This document shows, in pieces, positions 1 to 13,480 of a DNA stretch of 64,000 bases; within the stretch, counting starts at the first letter, position 1, and each line of letters starts with the position of its first letter. The notes beneath the pieces are model-generated. The model was given only the letters and a program-made list of their open reading frames with translations, made no database searches and was not told the origin of the DNA. The translations under genes and the position numbers were made by a program. The stretch spans positions 186,001 through 250,000 of the forward strand of contig NIVC01001263.1 in the NCBI GenBank assembly GCA_002269645.1, given 5' to 3'. The DNA comes from Macrostomum lignano. Its lineage: Eukaryota.

Positions 1-290
1 CCCTTCACCCATGAGTTCTGCAGACACTAAGCATTATGACCAATCACCAATGACTCCTGCAAGCACTAAGCGTTATGACCCTCAACCATGACCTTTTGGC
101 TTGCAAACTAATTGTTGTGGTTCCATTTGCCATGACACTAGTTGATAAACTATGAATAATCAATATGAATCTTCCTGTTACATGTACATGTACGACTCCA
201 TGTACACTCACTGTTATGATAACGCCATTTATGGCCTCTGTATGAAAATGGTTCTGACCACACCCCCTATGAATCCCTGTTCACTAGTCA

Positions 291-1000
291 CTCTTCGGTA
301 TGACCAACCCTCTATGACCCCTGTGCCACAAATCACTCATCATTATGACCAATCCTCTATGACCCCTGTGCCACTAATCACTCATCGTTATGACCAACCC
401 TCTATGACCCCTGTGCCTCAAATCATTCATATTTATGACCAACCCTCTATGACCCCTGTGCCACTAATCACTCATCGTTATGACCAACCCTCTATGACCC
501 CTGTGCCACTAATCACTCATCGTTATGACCAACCCTCTATGACCCCTGTGCCACTAATCACTCATCGTTATGACCAACCCTCTATGACCCCTGTGCCACT
601 AATCACTCATCGTTATGACCAACCCTCTATGACCCCTGTGCCACTAATCACTCATCGTTATGACCAACCCTCTATGACCCCTGTGCCACTAATCACTCAT
701 CGTTATGACCAACCCTCTATGACCCCTGTGCCACTAATCACTCATCGTTATGACCAACCCTCTATGACCCCTGTGCCACTAATCACTCATCGTTATGACC
801 AACCCTCTATGACCCCTGTGCCACAAATCACTTATCGTTATGACCAATTCTCTATGACCCCTGTGCCACTAATCGCTTATATTTATGACCAACCCTCTAT
901 AACCCCTGTGCCACAAATCACTTATCGTTATGACCAATTCTCTATGACCATTGTGCCACTAATCACTCATCGTTGTGACCAACCCTCTATGACCCCTGTG
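291..1000. repeat. 45-bp tandem minisatellite (TGACCAACCCTCTATGACCCCTGTGCCACTAATCACTCATCGTTA)
   Basis: About 15 near-identical units; explains the YDQPSMTPVPLITHR periodicity of ORF 152..1153. Confidence 0.95.
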
Positions 1001-1492
1001 CACCAAGTCACTAATCCCTATGCCTCCGCCTCCACAACCCCACGCAGCCACACAATGTACAGTTTATGCTTTCATACAGGAATTAAACCTCTAATACTCG
1101 CGGCAGATGTCCCAAACCAAATCCCCAGGGTATGTAAGCAAATTTCCTACTGATTTATGAATCAATAATGCTCGCATGAGGTCAGCGAGTGTCTCAAACT
1201 GACTCCGGACCCCCGCTGCTCGGCATTAGCAGCCCCCGAGTTTCACTGCATGGCAGCTGCGAATCCCGCAGCGCAGCGGGCAATGTGCTTAGCGAGTCCG
1301 CACCTGTGGCTCGGTGCTCGGCCAATTTGCATGTCCGGCTGTCTCCGCCGCCAGCTCGCGCATGCAGCCGACAAGTTTCCCGCTGAGCTGCCTATCGCCT
1401 CGGCCCATTGTTGCTCATTGCGACCTTCAGATTTAATTGAGCCTGTTGATCAAGTCTGGCGGGTCGGGACTCCCCGCTGAGCACCAAAACCA

Positions 1493-1652
1493 TATATATA
1501 AACTGTTGCTTGAGCACTGCTCATCCAGAATTTCCATCTCTGTCAACGTCTCCGTCTGGACTTGGCCTCGCGACCACTGCAGTTTCGAATTATAATACAA
1601 AGCTAGTCAACTCCGAACATTTGAAGGTCGATCGCTTAATAGCTTGGTAAGT
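1493..1652 (+). promoter_or_regulatory. Candidate TATA box and non-coding first exon upstream of the zinc-finger gene
   Basis: TATATAAA at about 1495-1502, followed by a strong donor TTG|GTAAGT at 1647. Linking it to the ZF gene is inference. Confidence 0.3.
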
Positions 1653-2019
1653 TCTGCTGTGTGTGTTTCGATTTAGCTTTGAGAAGCCCGGGATAGCAGT
1701 GTGTGTAGCATCACTGGATTAAAGCTTATCTCTGTTCAATACAGCGGGCGCTTCTGTCTGACCTCATAACTGAGTATCCATTTCTACTCAGTTTAGTCGG
1801 AGCCTTTCAACCGGATTTCACTTGTCTCCGGCTCTTGGCTTTGTCTCTAAAGCTGATTCTCTTTGAGAAAGCAAAGCAGCTCTCAGTGTATCTGCATGAT
1901 CAGCCCTGTTCTCCTATATTTCATCCCAGTCTACCACAGCTGCCCATTGTTTGTCTGCTTGTCTGTCTGTCTACCTTTTTGTCTACCTGCCTGTCTATCT
2001 TAGTCTTAGTAGTTCGTAT

Positions 2020-3338
2020 CTACCTGCCTTAGTTATCTACCTGTCTTAGTTATCTACCTGCCTTAATTATCTACCTGCCTTAGTTATCTACCTGTTTTAG
2101 TTATCTACCTGCCTTAGTTATCTACCTGTTTTAGTTATCTACCTGTTTTAGTTATCTACCTGCCTTAGTTATCTACCTGTTTTAGTTATCTACCTGTCTT
2201 AGTTATCTACCTGCCTTAGTTATCTACCTGCCTTAGTTATCTACCTGTCTTAGTTATCTACCTGTCTTAGTTATCTACCTGCCTTAGTTATCTACCTGCC
2301 TTAGTTATCTACCTGTCTTAGTTATCTACCTGTCTTAGTTATCTACCTGCCTTAGTTATCTACCTGTCTTAGTTATCTACCTGCCTTAGTTATCTACCTG
2401 CCTTAGTTATCTACCTGTCTTAGTTATCTACCTGTCTTAGTTATCTACCTGCCTTAGTTATCTATCTGTCTTAGTTATCTACCTGTCTTAGTTATCTACC
2501 TGTCTTAGTTATCTACCTGCCTTAGTTATCTACCTGTTTTAGTTATCTACCTGCCTTAGTTATCTACCTGTCTTAGTTATCTACCTGCCTTAGTTATCTA
2601 CCTGTCTTAGTTATCTACCTGCCTTAATTATCTACCTGCCTTAGTTATCTACCTGTTTTAGTTATCTACCTGCCTTAGTTATCTACCTGTTTTAGTTATC
2701 TACCTGTCTTATTTATCTACCTGCCTTAGTTATCTACCTGCCTTAGTTATCTACCTGTCTTAGTTATCTACCTGCCTTAGTTATCTACCTGCCTTAGTTA
2801 TCTATCTGCCTTAGTTATCTACCTGCCTTAGTTATCTATCTGCCTTAGTTATCTATCTGCCTTAGTTATCTACCTGTCTTAGTTATCTACCTGTCTTAGT
2901 TATCTACCTGTCTTAGTTATCTATCTGTCTTAGTTATCTATCTGCCTTAGTTATCTATCTGCCTTAGTTATCTACCTGTTTTAGTTATCTACCTGCCTTA
3001 GTTATCTATCTGCCTTAGTTATCTACCTGTTTTAGTTATCTACCTGTCTTAGTTATCTACCTGTCTTAGTTATCTACCTGCCTTAGTTATCTATCTGCCT
3101 TAGTTATCTATCTGCCTTAGTTATCTACCTGTCTTAGTTATCTATCTGCCTTAGTTATCTACCTGTTTTAGTTATCTACCTGTCTTAGTTATCTATCTGC
3201 CTTAGTTATCTACCTGTTTTAGTTATCTATCTGCCTTAGTTATCTACCTGTTTTAGTTATCTACCTGTCTTAGTTATCTATCTGCCTTAGTTATCTACCT
3301 GTCTTAGTTATCTACCTGCCTTAGTTATCTACCTGTCT
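2020..3338. repeat. 17-bp tandem minisatellite (TTAGTTATCTACCTG[T/C]C)
   Basis: About 77 units visible directly. Confidence 0.97.
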
Positions 3339-4315
3339 TTGTGTCTGCCTGTCCGTCCGTCAGCTGCCCTTAACCATCCTTGTCAGCCAGTATCAAGTTT
3401 CGGTTTTTTCCATATGAAATTGAATACGGGACGCATTTTTAGACGGCAAAATATCTTTGCCTCAACTCTCTCAATCTCTCTTTTCTCGACTCCGCGCATC
3501 CCATCAACCAATCAGCTCTGAGACACCACCGCCTCATCTCAAGTGAGTTGAGCAAAGGCGGGAGGCTGCCAGCAGTGGGAGTGGATGAGGCTGGTCAAAT
3601 AGGGGAAGAATTTCCAAATATTTCCCGCGAGCTCTGGCTGAGTGACTGCGCCTGTCTTGCCGTCTTCCCTCTTTTGCTTTTAATTTTAAAGTAATTAAAA
3701 ATTCTTTAAAAAGGTAAGCGAGCTTTTTTTTAAACTTGCACGCTCGTCTCTCTAGCATCTCTCCCTCCCCCACTCCATCTCCTCTCCCCTCTCCATCTCC
3801 TCTCCCCTCTCCATCTCCTCTCTCCTCTTCATCTCCTCTCCCATATTCCCAGTTTTCGCCACTTTCCCAATCGGACCCTGCTGCAGTTAGAAGCCCCAGG
3901 TGGACAATCTGTTGCAAAAAAAGGGTGAATTGTAAAAACAGCGATTAGATGGCTGAATGAGGGCAGAATTTTCTCCTTGTCCTGTCTGATACGGGGCTTT
4001 AAGCGCGGGGTCTCAATGGCACGAGCGTCAATTCAAGCCGGTGTCAGGTGACCGATGTCCGATGGTGCCAGCTGGTCATATTTGCTGCATCAGAACTGCC
4101 GCCGCGTGCTGTCCTAAGCAGCATTGATTTATGACCACTGCCGCATACTGTTTAATTAAGCTTTCATTCGGCTTCGGCCATAGAGAATGGAAATCGTTAC
4201 AATTCAGCGCCATAGCCAAAACCAGAACTGCAACCCCCCCTTCATTGCAGCCGCCACCACGCAGGAGCCGCCAATATCTCTCTCTCTCTCTCTGAACCGC
4301 GGCACACCCGGCACA

Positions 4316-7300
4316 ATGGCTGGCCTACTGACTGACGAGGTAAGCGAGAGCACTCCCTGATCGGTACATTTTCTTTGCAGAACTGAATGAAATCTGCAAT
4401 CTGTCTGTTTGCTGATAATACAGTTTATAGTTTAACTGTATCCATTCGGGTGACCGGCACTTGAGTCTTACACAGGGCTGATATGCGGGCATTGGCACTG
4501 GGACGCAATTCATATTCTGTATCTTGATTTTCCCATTAGATTCTTTGTGCTTGACAGCAATGTGACTGGTGCTGGTGGGTCACAGGTCCTCCGGATATGC
4601 AGTGGGTTCTTTCCAGCTCCTCTGTGGCTCCTGACTCCTTTTCAGCCAGTTCATGAGTAGCTCACTCGGTTTATGAGTAGGTCACTCGGTTTATGAGTAG
4701 CTCACTCGGTTTATGAGTAGGTCACTCGGTTCATGAGTAGGTCACTCGGTTCATGAGTAGGTCACTCGGTTCATGAGTAGGTCACTCGGTTCATGAGTAG
4801 GTCACTCGGTTTATGAGTAGGTCACTCGGTTCATGAGTAGGTCACTCGGTTCATGAGTAGGTCACTCGGTTCATGAGTAGGTCACTCGGTTCATGAGTAG
4901 GTCACTCGTTTATGAGTAGGTCACTCGGTTCATGAGTAGGTCACTCGGTTCATGAGTAGGTCACTCGGTTTATGAGTAGGTCACTCGGTTCATGAGTAGT
5001 TCACTCGGTTTATGAGTAGGTCACTCGGTTCATGAGTAGGTCACTCGGTTCATGAGTAGGTCACTCGGTTCATGAGTAGGTCACTCGGTTCATGAGTAGG
5101 TCACTCGGTTTATGAGTAGGTCACTCGGTTCATGAGTAGGTCACTCGGTTCATGAGTAGGTCACTCGGTTTATGAGTAGGTCACTCGGTTCATGAGTAGT
5201 TCACTCGGTTTATGAGTAGGTCACTCGGTTCATGAGTAGGTCACTCCGTTCATGAGTAGTTCACTCGGTTTATGAGTAGGTCACTCCGTTCATGAGTAGT
5301 TCACTCGGTTTATGAGTAGGTCACTCGGTTTATGAGTAGGTCACTCGGTTTATGAGTAGGTCACTCGGTTTATGAGTAGCTCACTCGGTTTATGAGTAGG
5401 TCACTCGGTTTATGAGTAGCTCACTCGGTTTATGAGTAGGTCACTCCGTTCATGAGTAGGTCACTCGGTTTATGAGTAGGTCACTCGGTTTATGAGTAGG
5501 TCACTCGGTTTATGAGTAGGTCACTCGGTTCATGAGTAGTTCACTCGGTTTATGAGTAGGTCACTCGGCTCATGAGTAGGTCACTCAGTCCATTATTTGG
5601 TGTCTTAGTTCGTCATTATTCACTACACGGATCATCATCACATCAGATCACACAGAGCATCATCAGATCACTCAGCTCATCATCAGATCACACAGAGCAT
5701 CATCAGATCACTCAGATCATCATCAGATCACACAGAGCATCATCAGATCACACAGAGCATCATCAGATCACTCAGCTCATCATTAGATCACCCAGATCAT
5801 CATCAGATCACACAGAGCATCATCAGATCACTCAGATCATCATCAGATCACTCAGATCATCATCAGATCACACAGAGCATCATCAGATCACCCAGATCAT
5901 CATCAGATCACACAGAGCATCATCAGATCACCCAGATCATCATCAGATCACACAGAGCATCATCAGATCACCCAGATCATCATCAGATCACACAGAGCAT
6001 CATCAGATCACTCAGATCATCATCAGATCACACAGAGCATCATCAGATCACACAGAGCATCATCAGATCACACAGAGCATCATCAGATCACTCAGATCAT
6101 CATCAGATCACCCAGCTCATCATCAGATTACCCAGCTCATCATCAGATCACAAAGAGCATCATCAGATCACACAGAGCATCATCAAATCACTCAGATCAT
6201 CATCAGACACACAGATAATCGCCCACCCCTTCCCCACTGCCAGTTTCCAGGCTTTCACCACAGCCAGCACCAACTGGAGCGGCAGAGGCGTGATCTGCTT
6301 CTTTTTGGCCAACTCTGCCGCCGAGGCGCTCTGTCTGATGACCCCGAGGATGAGGAGCGGCAGCTGGAAGCTCCAGGCAATGCCTCGGACTTGCAAGCAG
6401 GTGAGAATAGAAAATAACAATGGGCTGATTCACCGCAGCGATTGCACAGGACTTGTCAATGCCGGCACGTTCACCAGAGTGCCGATCGGAGCCAATGGCG
6501 GCCCAGCGGAGGGGGGTGGGTGTCTGGCTGGAACCTGGATCGGAGGGGAGGGGAGTAGGGGGGGGAGGGCTTGGAGCGAGAAGATCCTGGAGCAAAAAGG
6601 TGAGAGGGGCACTGCACCAAAGGGAATCTAAGAGGACCAACGGTCAGCAGCAGCAGCCTCGCCGTTTCCGCGATTCCAGACGCCTCCGCCTCCGCCGCTC
6701 TGTCCGCCGCAGTCACCGCCTTTGCCTGCCCCGACTGCGGAGAGGCGTTTCGCAGCTCCGGCTCGCTCCGGCGGCACCAGGCCTCGCTGTGCCGCAACCC
6801 CAGCGCCGAGCTCGCAGCCAAGCGTCGCCTGCTGGCCACCTGCAACCGGGCCGTCACCTGCGCAGCTGCCGCAGCCGCCGCCGCTGTTAACTGCTCATCC
6901 AGGTGAGCCTCAAGCCAAATAATTTCATTGAATTTAAGTTTTTATAGATACTCTAGTCATGAAAAACTGGGTCATAGATAGGTCTCATTGGATCATAAAT
7001 AGATCTAATTGGGTCATAGAAAGTCTCACTGGGTCATAGATAGTCTCATTGGGTCATAGATAGTCTCATCGGGTAATACATAGTCTCATCGGGTCATAGA
7101 TAGTCTCATCGGGTCATAAATAGTCTCATTGGGTCATAGATAGTCTCATTGGGTCATAGATAGTCTCATTGGGTCATAGATAGTCTCACTGGGTCACAGA
7201 GATTGATAGAGTTGCGATCAGGTTTCCAGCCTAAAACCCAAAGCTTCATAAAAATTCCCACCCAAATCTCCAGTCCGCCTGTTCGGCAAGGCGACTCCCT

Positions 7301-7937
7301 CAATTGTCAGTTCGTTGGCAGCGCCGAGGTCGCCGCCGCTCCCAGCTGCGGGCAGCCGCCGCACGCCTGCCAGGTGTGCGACAAGCGCTTTGGCACCGCC
7401 AGCGGCCTCAAGCAGCACATGCACATCCACGCCACGCACAAGCCCTACCAGTGCGACGCGTGCAAGAAGAGCTACACTCAGTTCTCCAACCTCTGCCGGC
7501 ACAAGCGGATGCAGCCAGCCTGCCGCCAGAAGGTCGCCTGCCCTGCCTGCGACCAGCGCTTCTCCACCGCGCACTCGCTTGAACGGCACAGGCGGGCCTG
7601 TCACAGCCCCGGCCCCGAGTGCCCACAGCAGCAGCCGCCGCTGCCGCTGCACTCGCAGCCATCGCGGCTTCTCTCGTTGCCGCCGCCGCCTCCGCTCCTG
7701 CCGCTGCCCCCGCCGTGCTCGCTGGCTTCGTTCTTCCCGGCCGCGTTGGTTCCGCAGCAACCGCAGCTGCAGCCGCCGCCGGTGCCCTGGCCGCAGCTGT
7801 TTCGGCAGCAGAACCAGCTGATGCAGCAGCAGCACCGCTTCGGTGCCAGCAGCGGCGCATGCAGCGGACCGGCCTTCCTGCCGCCTCCGCCGCCACCGCC
7901 GCCTCTGCCGGCCCAGTTTCAGCAGCCCCCGCATCTT

Positions 7938-7993
<56 letters not shown>

Positions 7994-8663
7994 ACCGCTG
8001 GACCTCAGTGTGCCCAAGCCCAGGGGTTTCAAGCGCCTGCCGTCTCCGCCGCCGACGCCTCCAAGGTCGACGTCTCCAGCCTCTGAGATTCGCCAGCGAG
8101 ACGCCGAGCCGCAGCTGCCGCCGCCTGCCCAGCGGCCGCGATCGCTCAGCCCAAGCGCCCCGCCACGTCGTCCCGGCGTCACGGATCCGGCGACCTTCTG
8201 GAGCCTCGCCAACCAGCAGCAGCTGCTGGAAAATCCGCCGGTGCTTCCCGAGCAGCCGGAGCGGCAGCAGCAGCGGCTGCTCACCCGGCGCAGACGCCGG
8301 CACGCCTGCGACTTCTGCGGCAAGTGTTTCCCGCGGGCGGCCAACCTGGCCCGGCACCTGCGCACGCACACGGGGGAGCAGCCGTACCAGTGCCCGCTGT
8401 GCGACCGGGCCTTCAGCATCAGCTCCAACATGCAGCGCCACCTCAAGAACATCCACCGACTTGGCCGGCGCCGCAGCCTCGGTGACCTCTGCAACGGAGC
8501 CGGCGGCGGCGAAGGCAGCGGCGAAGGCGGCAGCAGCGAGGCGGCGGCCGCGGCTTCCATCAGCGACGTCTTCGACGAGGCAGACGAAGATGAGGCGGAG
8601 GAAGTCGACGATGAAGAATCGGAGGCTGAGGCTGTGGAGGGCAGCGCGGTTGATGAGGCTTAG
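4316..8663 (+). CDS. PRDM3/16: PRDM3/16 (MECOM/EVI1, Hamlet, EGL-43)-family zinc-finger transcription factor, apparently without a PR domain
   Basis: The terminal exon 7274..8663 encodes [45 protein letters not shown] and [23 protein letters not shown] (EVI1 ZF5-7 signatures), the CtBP motif PLDLS, polyQ, then [47 protein letters not shown] (ZF8-9) and an acidic tail. Exon ~6635..6902 encodes a C2HC finger, [24 protein letters not shown] (from 6721), with a phase-2 donor matching the acceptor at 7274. Tentative upstream exons 4316..4339 (MAGLLTDE|gtaagc) and 6244..6400 keep the frame (1839 nt in total); the 5' model is less certain than the 3' exons. Confidence 0.92.
4650..5587. repeat. 20-bp intronic minisatellite (CATGAGTAGGTCACTCGGTT)
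   Basis: About 46 units. Confidence 0.97.
5632..6205. repeat. 20-bp intronic minisatellite (CATCAGATCAC[A/T/C]CAGA[G/T]CAT)
   Basis: About 28 units; source of the repetitive part of ORF 5572..6417. Confidence 0.95.
6968..7200. repeat. 20-bp intronic minisatellite (GGGTCATAGATAGTCTCATT)
   Basis: About 11 units in the last intron of the ZF gene. Confidence 0.92.
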
Positions 8664-9165
8664 AAAAACTCCGCCAGTCTGTCCTGCTCTCTGTCCTCAA
8701 TTTCCCCTCGCGTTTCTCAATCGCAAGTCCAGTAGCGTTTCTCTGATTTTCACCTTGATAATCTGCACTTTGTCACAATATTCTGCTTCCGTGCCGCCGC
8801 CGTATCCCCTGCGCGTGTCTGCCGTGTCAGCACTTTTTCCTCGTTTTGTAAACGTTCAATATTGCTCTCACTGCTCATTATCGATTTGCTCCAGCGTTGC
8901 AGCTTGTTCTGCTTCTTTGTTTTGAATGAAATCAAATGTTTTATCAGGTGTATCTTATGATTGCTGTTTTGCAATTTAATGCTTTTAGTAACTGTCGGTT
9001 TCTGCTCTGCATTGTCCAGCGTTTGTGTCACTGCTTCATCACTGATAAACCTCAAACACCTGCGGCAGTTTTAGTGTCTCAAATATATATAAAGTAAAAT
9101 TACACTGTAAACTCCTAGTAGCGTTGGGAGAAATCCCTCATATCTGCTAAATGTGCGTCTTGCCT

Positions 9166-9742
9166 TGTCAGTTTCATCCTGTCAGTTTCATCCTGTCAGT
9201 TTCATCCTGTCAGTTTCATCCTGTCAGTTTCACCCTGTCAGTTTCATCTTGTCAGTTTCATCCTGTCAGTTTCATCCTGTCAGTTTCATCCTGTCAGTTT
9301 CATCCTGTCAGTTTCACCCTGTCAGTTTCATCTTGTCAGTTTCATCCTGTCAGTTTCATCCTGTCAGTTTCATCCTGTCAGTTTCACCCTGTCAGTTTCA
9401 TCCTGTCAGTTTCATCCTGTCAGTTTCATCCTGTCAGTTTCATCCTGTCAGTTTCACCCTGTCAGTTTCATCCTGTCAGTTTCATCCTGTCAGTTTCATC
9501 CTGTCAGTTTCATCCTGTCAGTTTCATCCTGTCAGTCTCATCCTGTCAGTTTCATCCTGTCAGTTTCATCTTGTCAGTTTCATCCTGTCACTTTCATCCT
9601 GTCAGTTTCACCCTGTCAGTTTCATCTTGTCAGTTTCATCCTGTCAGTTTCATCCTGTCACTTTCACCCTGTCAGTTTCATCCTGTCAGTTTCATCCTGT
9701 CAGTTTCATCCTGTCAGTTTCATCCTGTCAGTTTCACCCTGT
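9166..9742. repeat. 14-bp minisatellite (TCAGTTTCATCCTG)
   Basis: About 41 units. Confidence 0.97.
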
Positions 9743-9777
9743 CCGTTTGTATCTAGTCAGTGTCAGAGATAGGCACA

Positions 9778-10083
9778 TCTGTAGATGAGTCAGGTGTGTC
9801 TGTAGATGAGTCAGGCGGGTCTGTAGATGAGTCAGGCGGGTCTGTAGATGAGTCAGGCGGGTCTGTAGATGAGTCAGGTGTGTCTGTAGATGAGTCAGGT
9901 GGGTCTGTAGATATGTCAGGCGGGTCTGTAGATGAGTCAGGCGGGTCTGTAGATGAGTCAGGCGGGTCTGTAGATGAGTCAGGTGTGTCTGTAGATGAGT
10001 CAGGTGGGTCTGTAGATAAGTCAGGTGGGTCTGTAGATGAGTCAGGCGGGTCTGTAGATGAGTCAGGCGGGTCTGTAGATGAG
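9778..10083. repeat. 21-bp minisatellite (CTGTAGATGAGTCAGGCGGGT)
   Basis: About 14 units. Confidence 0.95.
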
Positions 10084-10721
10084 TCGCTTGGGTCTGTATC
10101 AATTCTGTATAAAAGCGCAGCAAACTCAGGCAAGATGTAGCAGCAAAAGCAGCTTGAAAATTTCAGGTGCCTAAACAATTTCCCCATCCCATCTTCTGCA
10201 CCGTGTTGACCGAGGGGACTCCGCGCTGCCACCTGGCGTCCGAGCTGCGGGAAGGCAAACTCCTGAAACCGGTCCTGTCCGAGACTCCCAGCTCCCTCCC
10301 CCCAGGTGGCGGCAGGCAAACCTGCGCTCCGGTGGAAAGTGAAGTTTTTTAATGCGAAAATTGCAGGGGAGGCACGAAGGACAGACAGGCACAGGGGCGG
10401 CTTATTTGAGAAGCGGCCAAGTAGAGATGAATGAATAATTTGGCAGCAGATGTGTCAGTGTGTCAACACCCACTGCATACCACTGCCGCTGCCCTGCGAG
10501 ACTGGGATACCCTGCAGCTGCTGGGAATGAAAAACTGCTCAACTCTTCCATCGTCTGAGTGGACAATCCTTGAAGTGGGGGCGGATTACTAATTATAAAT
10601 TTCCTATCCGGCTTATCAGTCTCTGTTTCTTGTCTAAACAGCGCTCGGAGACTTGGAATGGGACAAAGGAGCCGCTACCATCTCCTCCGTGAGCCTTTCG
10701 GGTTGGAACTTGGATTATCAA

Positions 10722-10850
10722 ATTGATCTGAGATGCGCTGAATTGATTTGAGATGCGCCGAATCGATCTGAGATGCGCTGAATTGATCTGAGATGCGCCA
10801 AATTGATTTGAGATGCGCCAAATGCGCCAAATTGATCTGAGATGCGCCAG
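10722..10850. repeat. Short 20-bp minisatellite (AATTGATCTGAGATGCGC..)
   Basis: About 6 degenerate units. Confidence 0.8.
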
Positions 10851-11674
10851 CTAGAGCGCCAAACCAAGTCCCGAGGCGCCGAAGTTTCAACAAACAATTC
10901 GCTCGCGCGGACCCCGAGGCCAATGCAATGCAAAAGCTGCACTCGTGGCGGGGACCTCCAGCATTACGGGGAGTTCCAGCATCTGAGCTCGGGCTGAGCA
11001 GATAGGCGGCTGATAAGATAAAGAGGCGGCCGGTGGATCATTTTTTGCCGAATAAACAATTCCTCACCTGGGATGCTTTGAGAGACAGTTTGCAATAAAT
11101 TATAGCGGCCCCGACTCCGCCATGTTGCGGTTCGTGCGAAATCCCCGATTTTCAGGGCGCGAGAGGAGGCTCTCAGCTGTGTCTCTTCATTCATCCCCTC
11201 ATATCTCCCCTCTCTATAGTGGTCACCCCGCATAATTTCCCGTAACCGACCGAGCAGATTTTTAAAATTTGTCGCAGCAAGCCATGGAGCTTTAAATGTA
11301 AGACTCTGGACTGGCTTAGCAATTCTAATAACAGATGCTAGGCTAGATTAGAAATCCATGGTCTCCAGCCAGCGCTAATTCTCCTATCACCTGCGCTTTA
11401 TTGCCCTGTCTGGCGGCTCCAGCCTCCGCGCCTCCTCCCCCCATTTCGAATCAGAGGATTTCCACGCCCACCCCCCCCCCGAATGGATTTACAGCCCCGG
11501 CCTGAAGACAAGCAGAAGGTAAAAACCAACTCTGAGAGAACAAAATCGAGCAGAAGACACGGACAAGCGGCGGTGCTGCAGCGCTCTGCAAACAATTTCG
11601 AATGCGGGAAGGAAGAGGCGGGCTGATCCCGCATCCTGAAAGCATTTGGCCTGTTTCGCTGCATCTCATATCCG

Positions 11675-11946
11675 CCTGAATCTGAGCACTCGCTATCTGA
11701 ATCTGAGCACTCGCTATCTGAATCTGAGCACTCACTATCTGAATCTAAGCACTCACTATCTGAATCTGAGCACTCGCAATCTGAATCTAAGCACTCACTA
11801 TCTGAATCTGAGCACTCTCCATCTGAATCTAAACACTCGCTATCTGAATCTAAGCACTTTCCATCTGAATCTAAACACTCGCTATCTGAATCTAAGCACT
11901 TTCCATCTGAATCTAAACACTCGCTATCTGAATCTAAGCACTCGCT
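11675..11946. repeat. 21-bp minisatellite (TATCTGAATCTGAGCACTCGC)
   Basis: About 12 units. Confidence 0.93.
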
Positions 11947-13000
11947 AACCATCTAACAATGCAACATAAAAAAGTGAAATCGCAGGCTGCAATGCTTCAT
12001 CAGCCATTTCCGGTTTTTAGTAGTGCTTTGTTTCAAAATTTCCTCGAAAATAACTAAATAAGCAAACAAACTGAGAGAGGCCCCACTTTGTCAGAGACAG
12101 AAAGTTTTCAAAAACAAGTTGCGTCAGTTTCTAGGCCAAGAGAGAGCCGGGCACGACATAAAATGGATTGCGCAACAATTTGCCGCATAGCAACGCCCAG
12201 CTGCGTGAGAAGAAAGGGATTAAATTTATCTTCAAGAATTACGTGACTTATTGATCTCTCGAATTTCAACAAAACTTCGAGGGGATTTTAAGAAAAAATA
12301 TGCAAATCATTACGAAAGCTTTTCAGGCGATGATCGGCTGTTTAAGTCTGCCTGGCAAAAGAAAGAACACCTGGATTTGCTTCCAGGGGAGTGAAACTCG
12401 AGACTTGCTCCCGCAGAAATTTAGCAACAATTAAGTTGTCAAGGCAACGCCGATTGGAGGATTGGAGCGTTTTTTTCACATCATGGTGTCTGAGAACACT
12501 TTTTATTGTAGGATTTCCATAAATCTTGCTTTAGTCATTTCCCTAAAACTATTTTATCCCCATTTAATACGAGAAGTGTAGTGAGTTTATTAGTCACATC
12601 ATAAACCAGAAACTCGCGTGCCTAGCAAGTTTCTTAGAAAAAAACTTCTCATTTTCTTCAAAATCTCCTGCATTTCAGATTAGGAAATCCAGATTTTCTA
12701 CTTTTAGTAGTGTAAATTGAGCTTGACAACGAAAGCGAGAAAATTAACGCATTAAAATTCATTAATTATTGATGGAATAGCTTTCAGTACCAATGTTTGC
12801 CGTAGAATTTATTATTCAGAAAAGATAATCCTGAGTCTAGCATAGCAGCTGTCGCACCAATCCAGTGCAGCAAGACTCCCCGGGTCAGGGTTGAGCGCGA
12901 TATTAAATTTATGAATTTCTACAAGGTATAAACTGACCCTTTCGCTTTGGAGTACAACGCGAATCCGGCTGCGAAATGGTCACCCAACGAAAAGGAATGG

Positions 13001-13480
13001 GCTCTAGAGACTCAAAATGGACTCTAGAGATTTGAGAATTGACTCTAGAGATTTGAGAAGTGACTCTAGAGATTCGAGAATTGACTCTAGAGATGTGAGA
13101 ATTGACTCTAGAGATGTGAGAATTTACTCTAGAGATTTTATAATTGACTCTAGAGATTTTAGAATTGACTCTAGAGATTTTAGAATTGACTCTAGAGATT
13201 TTAGAATTGACTCTAGAGATTTTAGAATTGACTCTAGAGATGTGAGAATTGACTCTAGAGATTTTAGAATTGACTCTAGAGATTTTAGAATTGACTCTAG
13301 AGATTTTAGAATTGACTATAGAGATTCGGGAATGGGCTCTAGAGATTTGAGAATCGACTCTAGAGATGAGAGAATCGACTCTAGAGATTTGAGAATTGAC
13401 TCAAGAGATTCGGGAATAGACTCTAGCGATTTGAAAATGGACTCTAAAGATCTGGAGTGGACTCTAGCGATCTATGGCTA
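13001..13480. repeat. 21-bp minisatellite (GACTCTAGAGATTTTAGAATT)
   Basis: About 22 units. Confidence 0.95.

Noticed and set aside
152-1153. 333-aa ORF with a 15-aa repeat, and similar long periodic ORFs (9151.., 18892-19825, 19844-20665, 28936.., 29839.., 41079-42960, 59350-60601, 61179-62809)
   Set aside because: All are translations of stop-poor tandem arrays, mostly lying inside phase-consistent introns of real genes; they have no unique domain content.
7218-8925. Long antisense and alternative-frame ORFs over the ZF gene (also over the TRPM, GPCR, RWDD3 and vWA exons)
   Set aside because: These are the expected shadow ORFs of very GC-rich coding sequence and carry no recognisable motifs.
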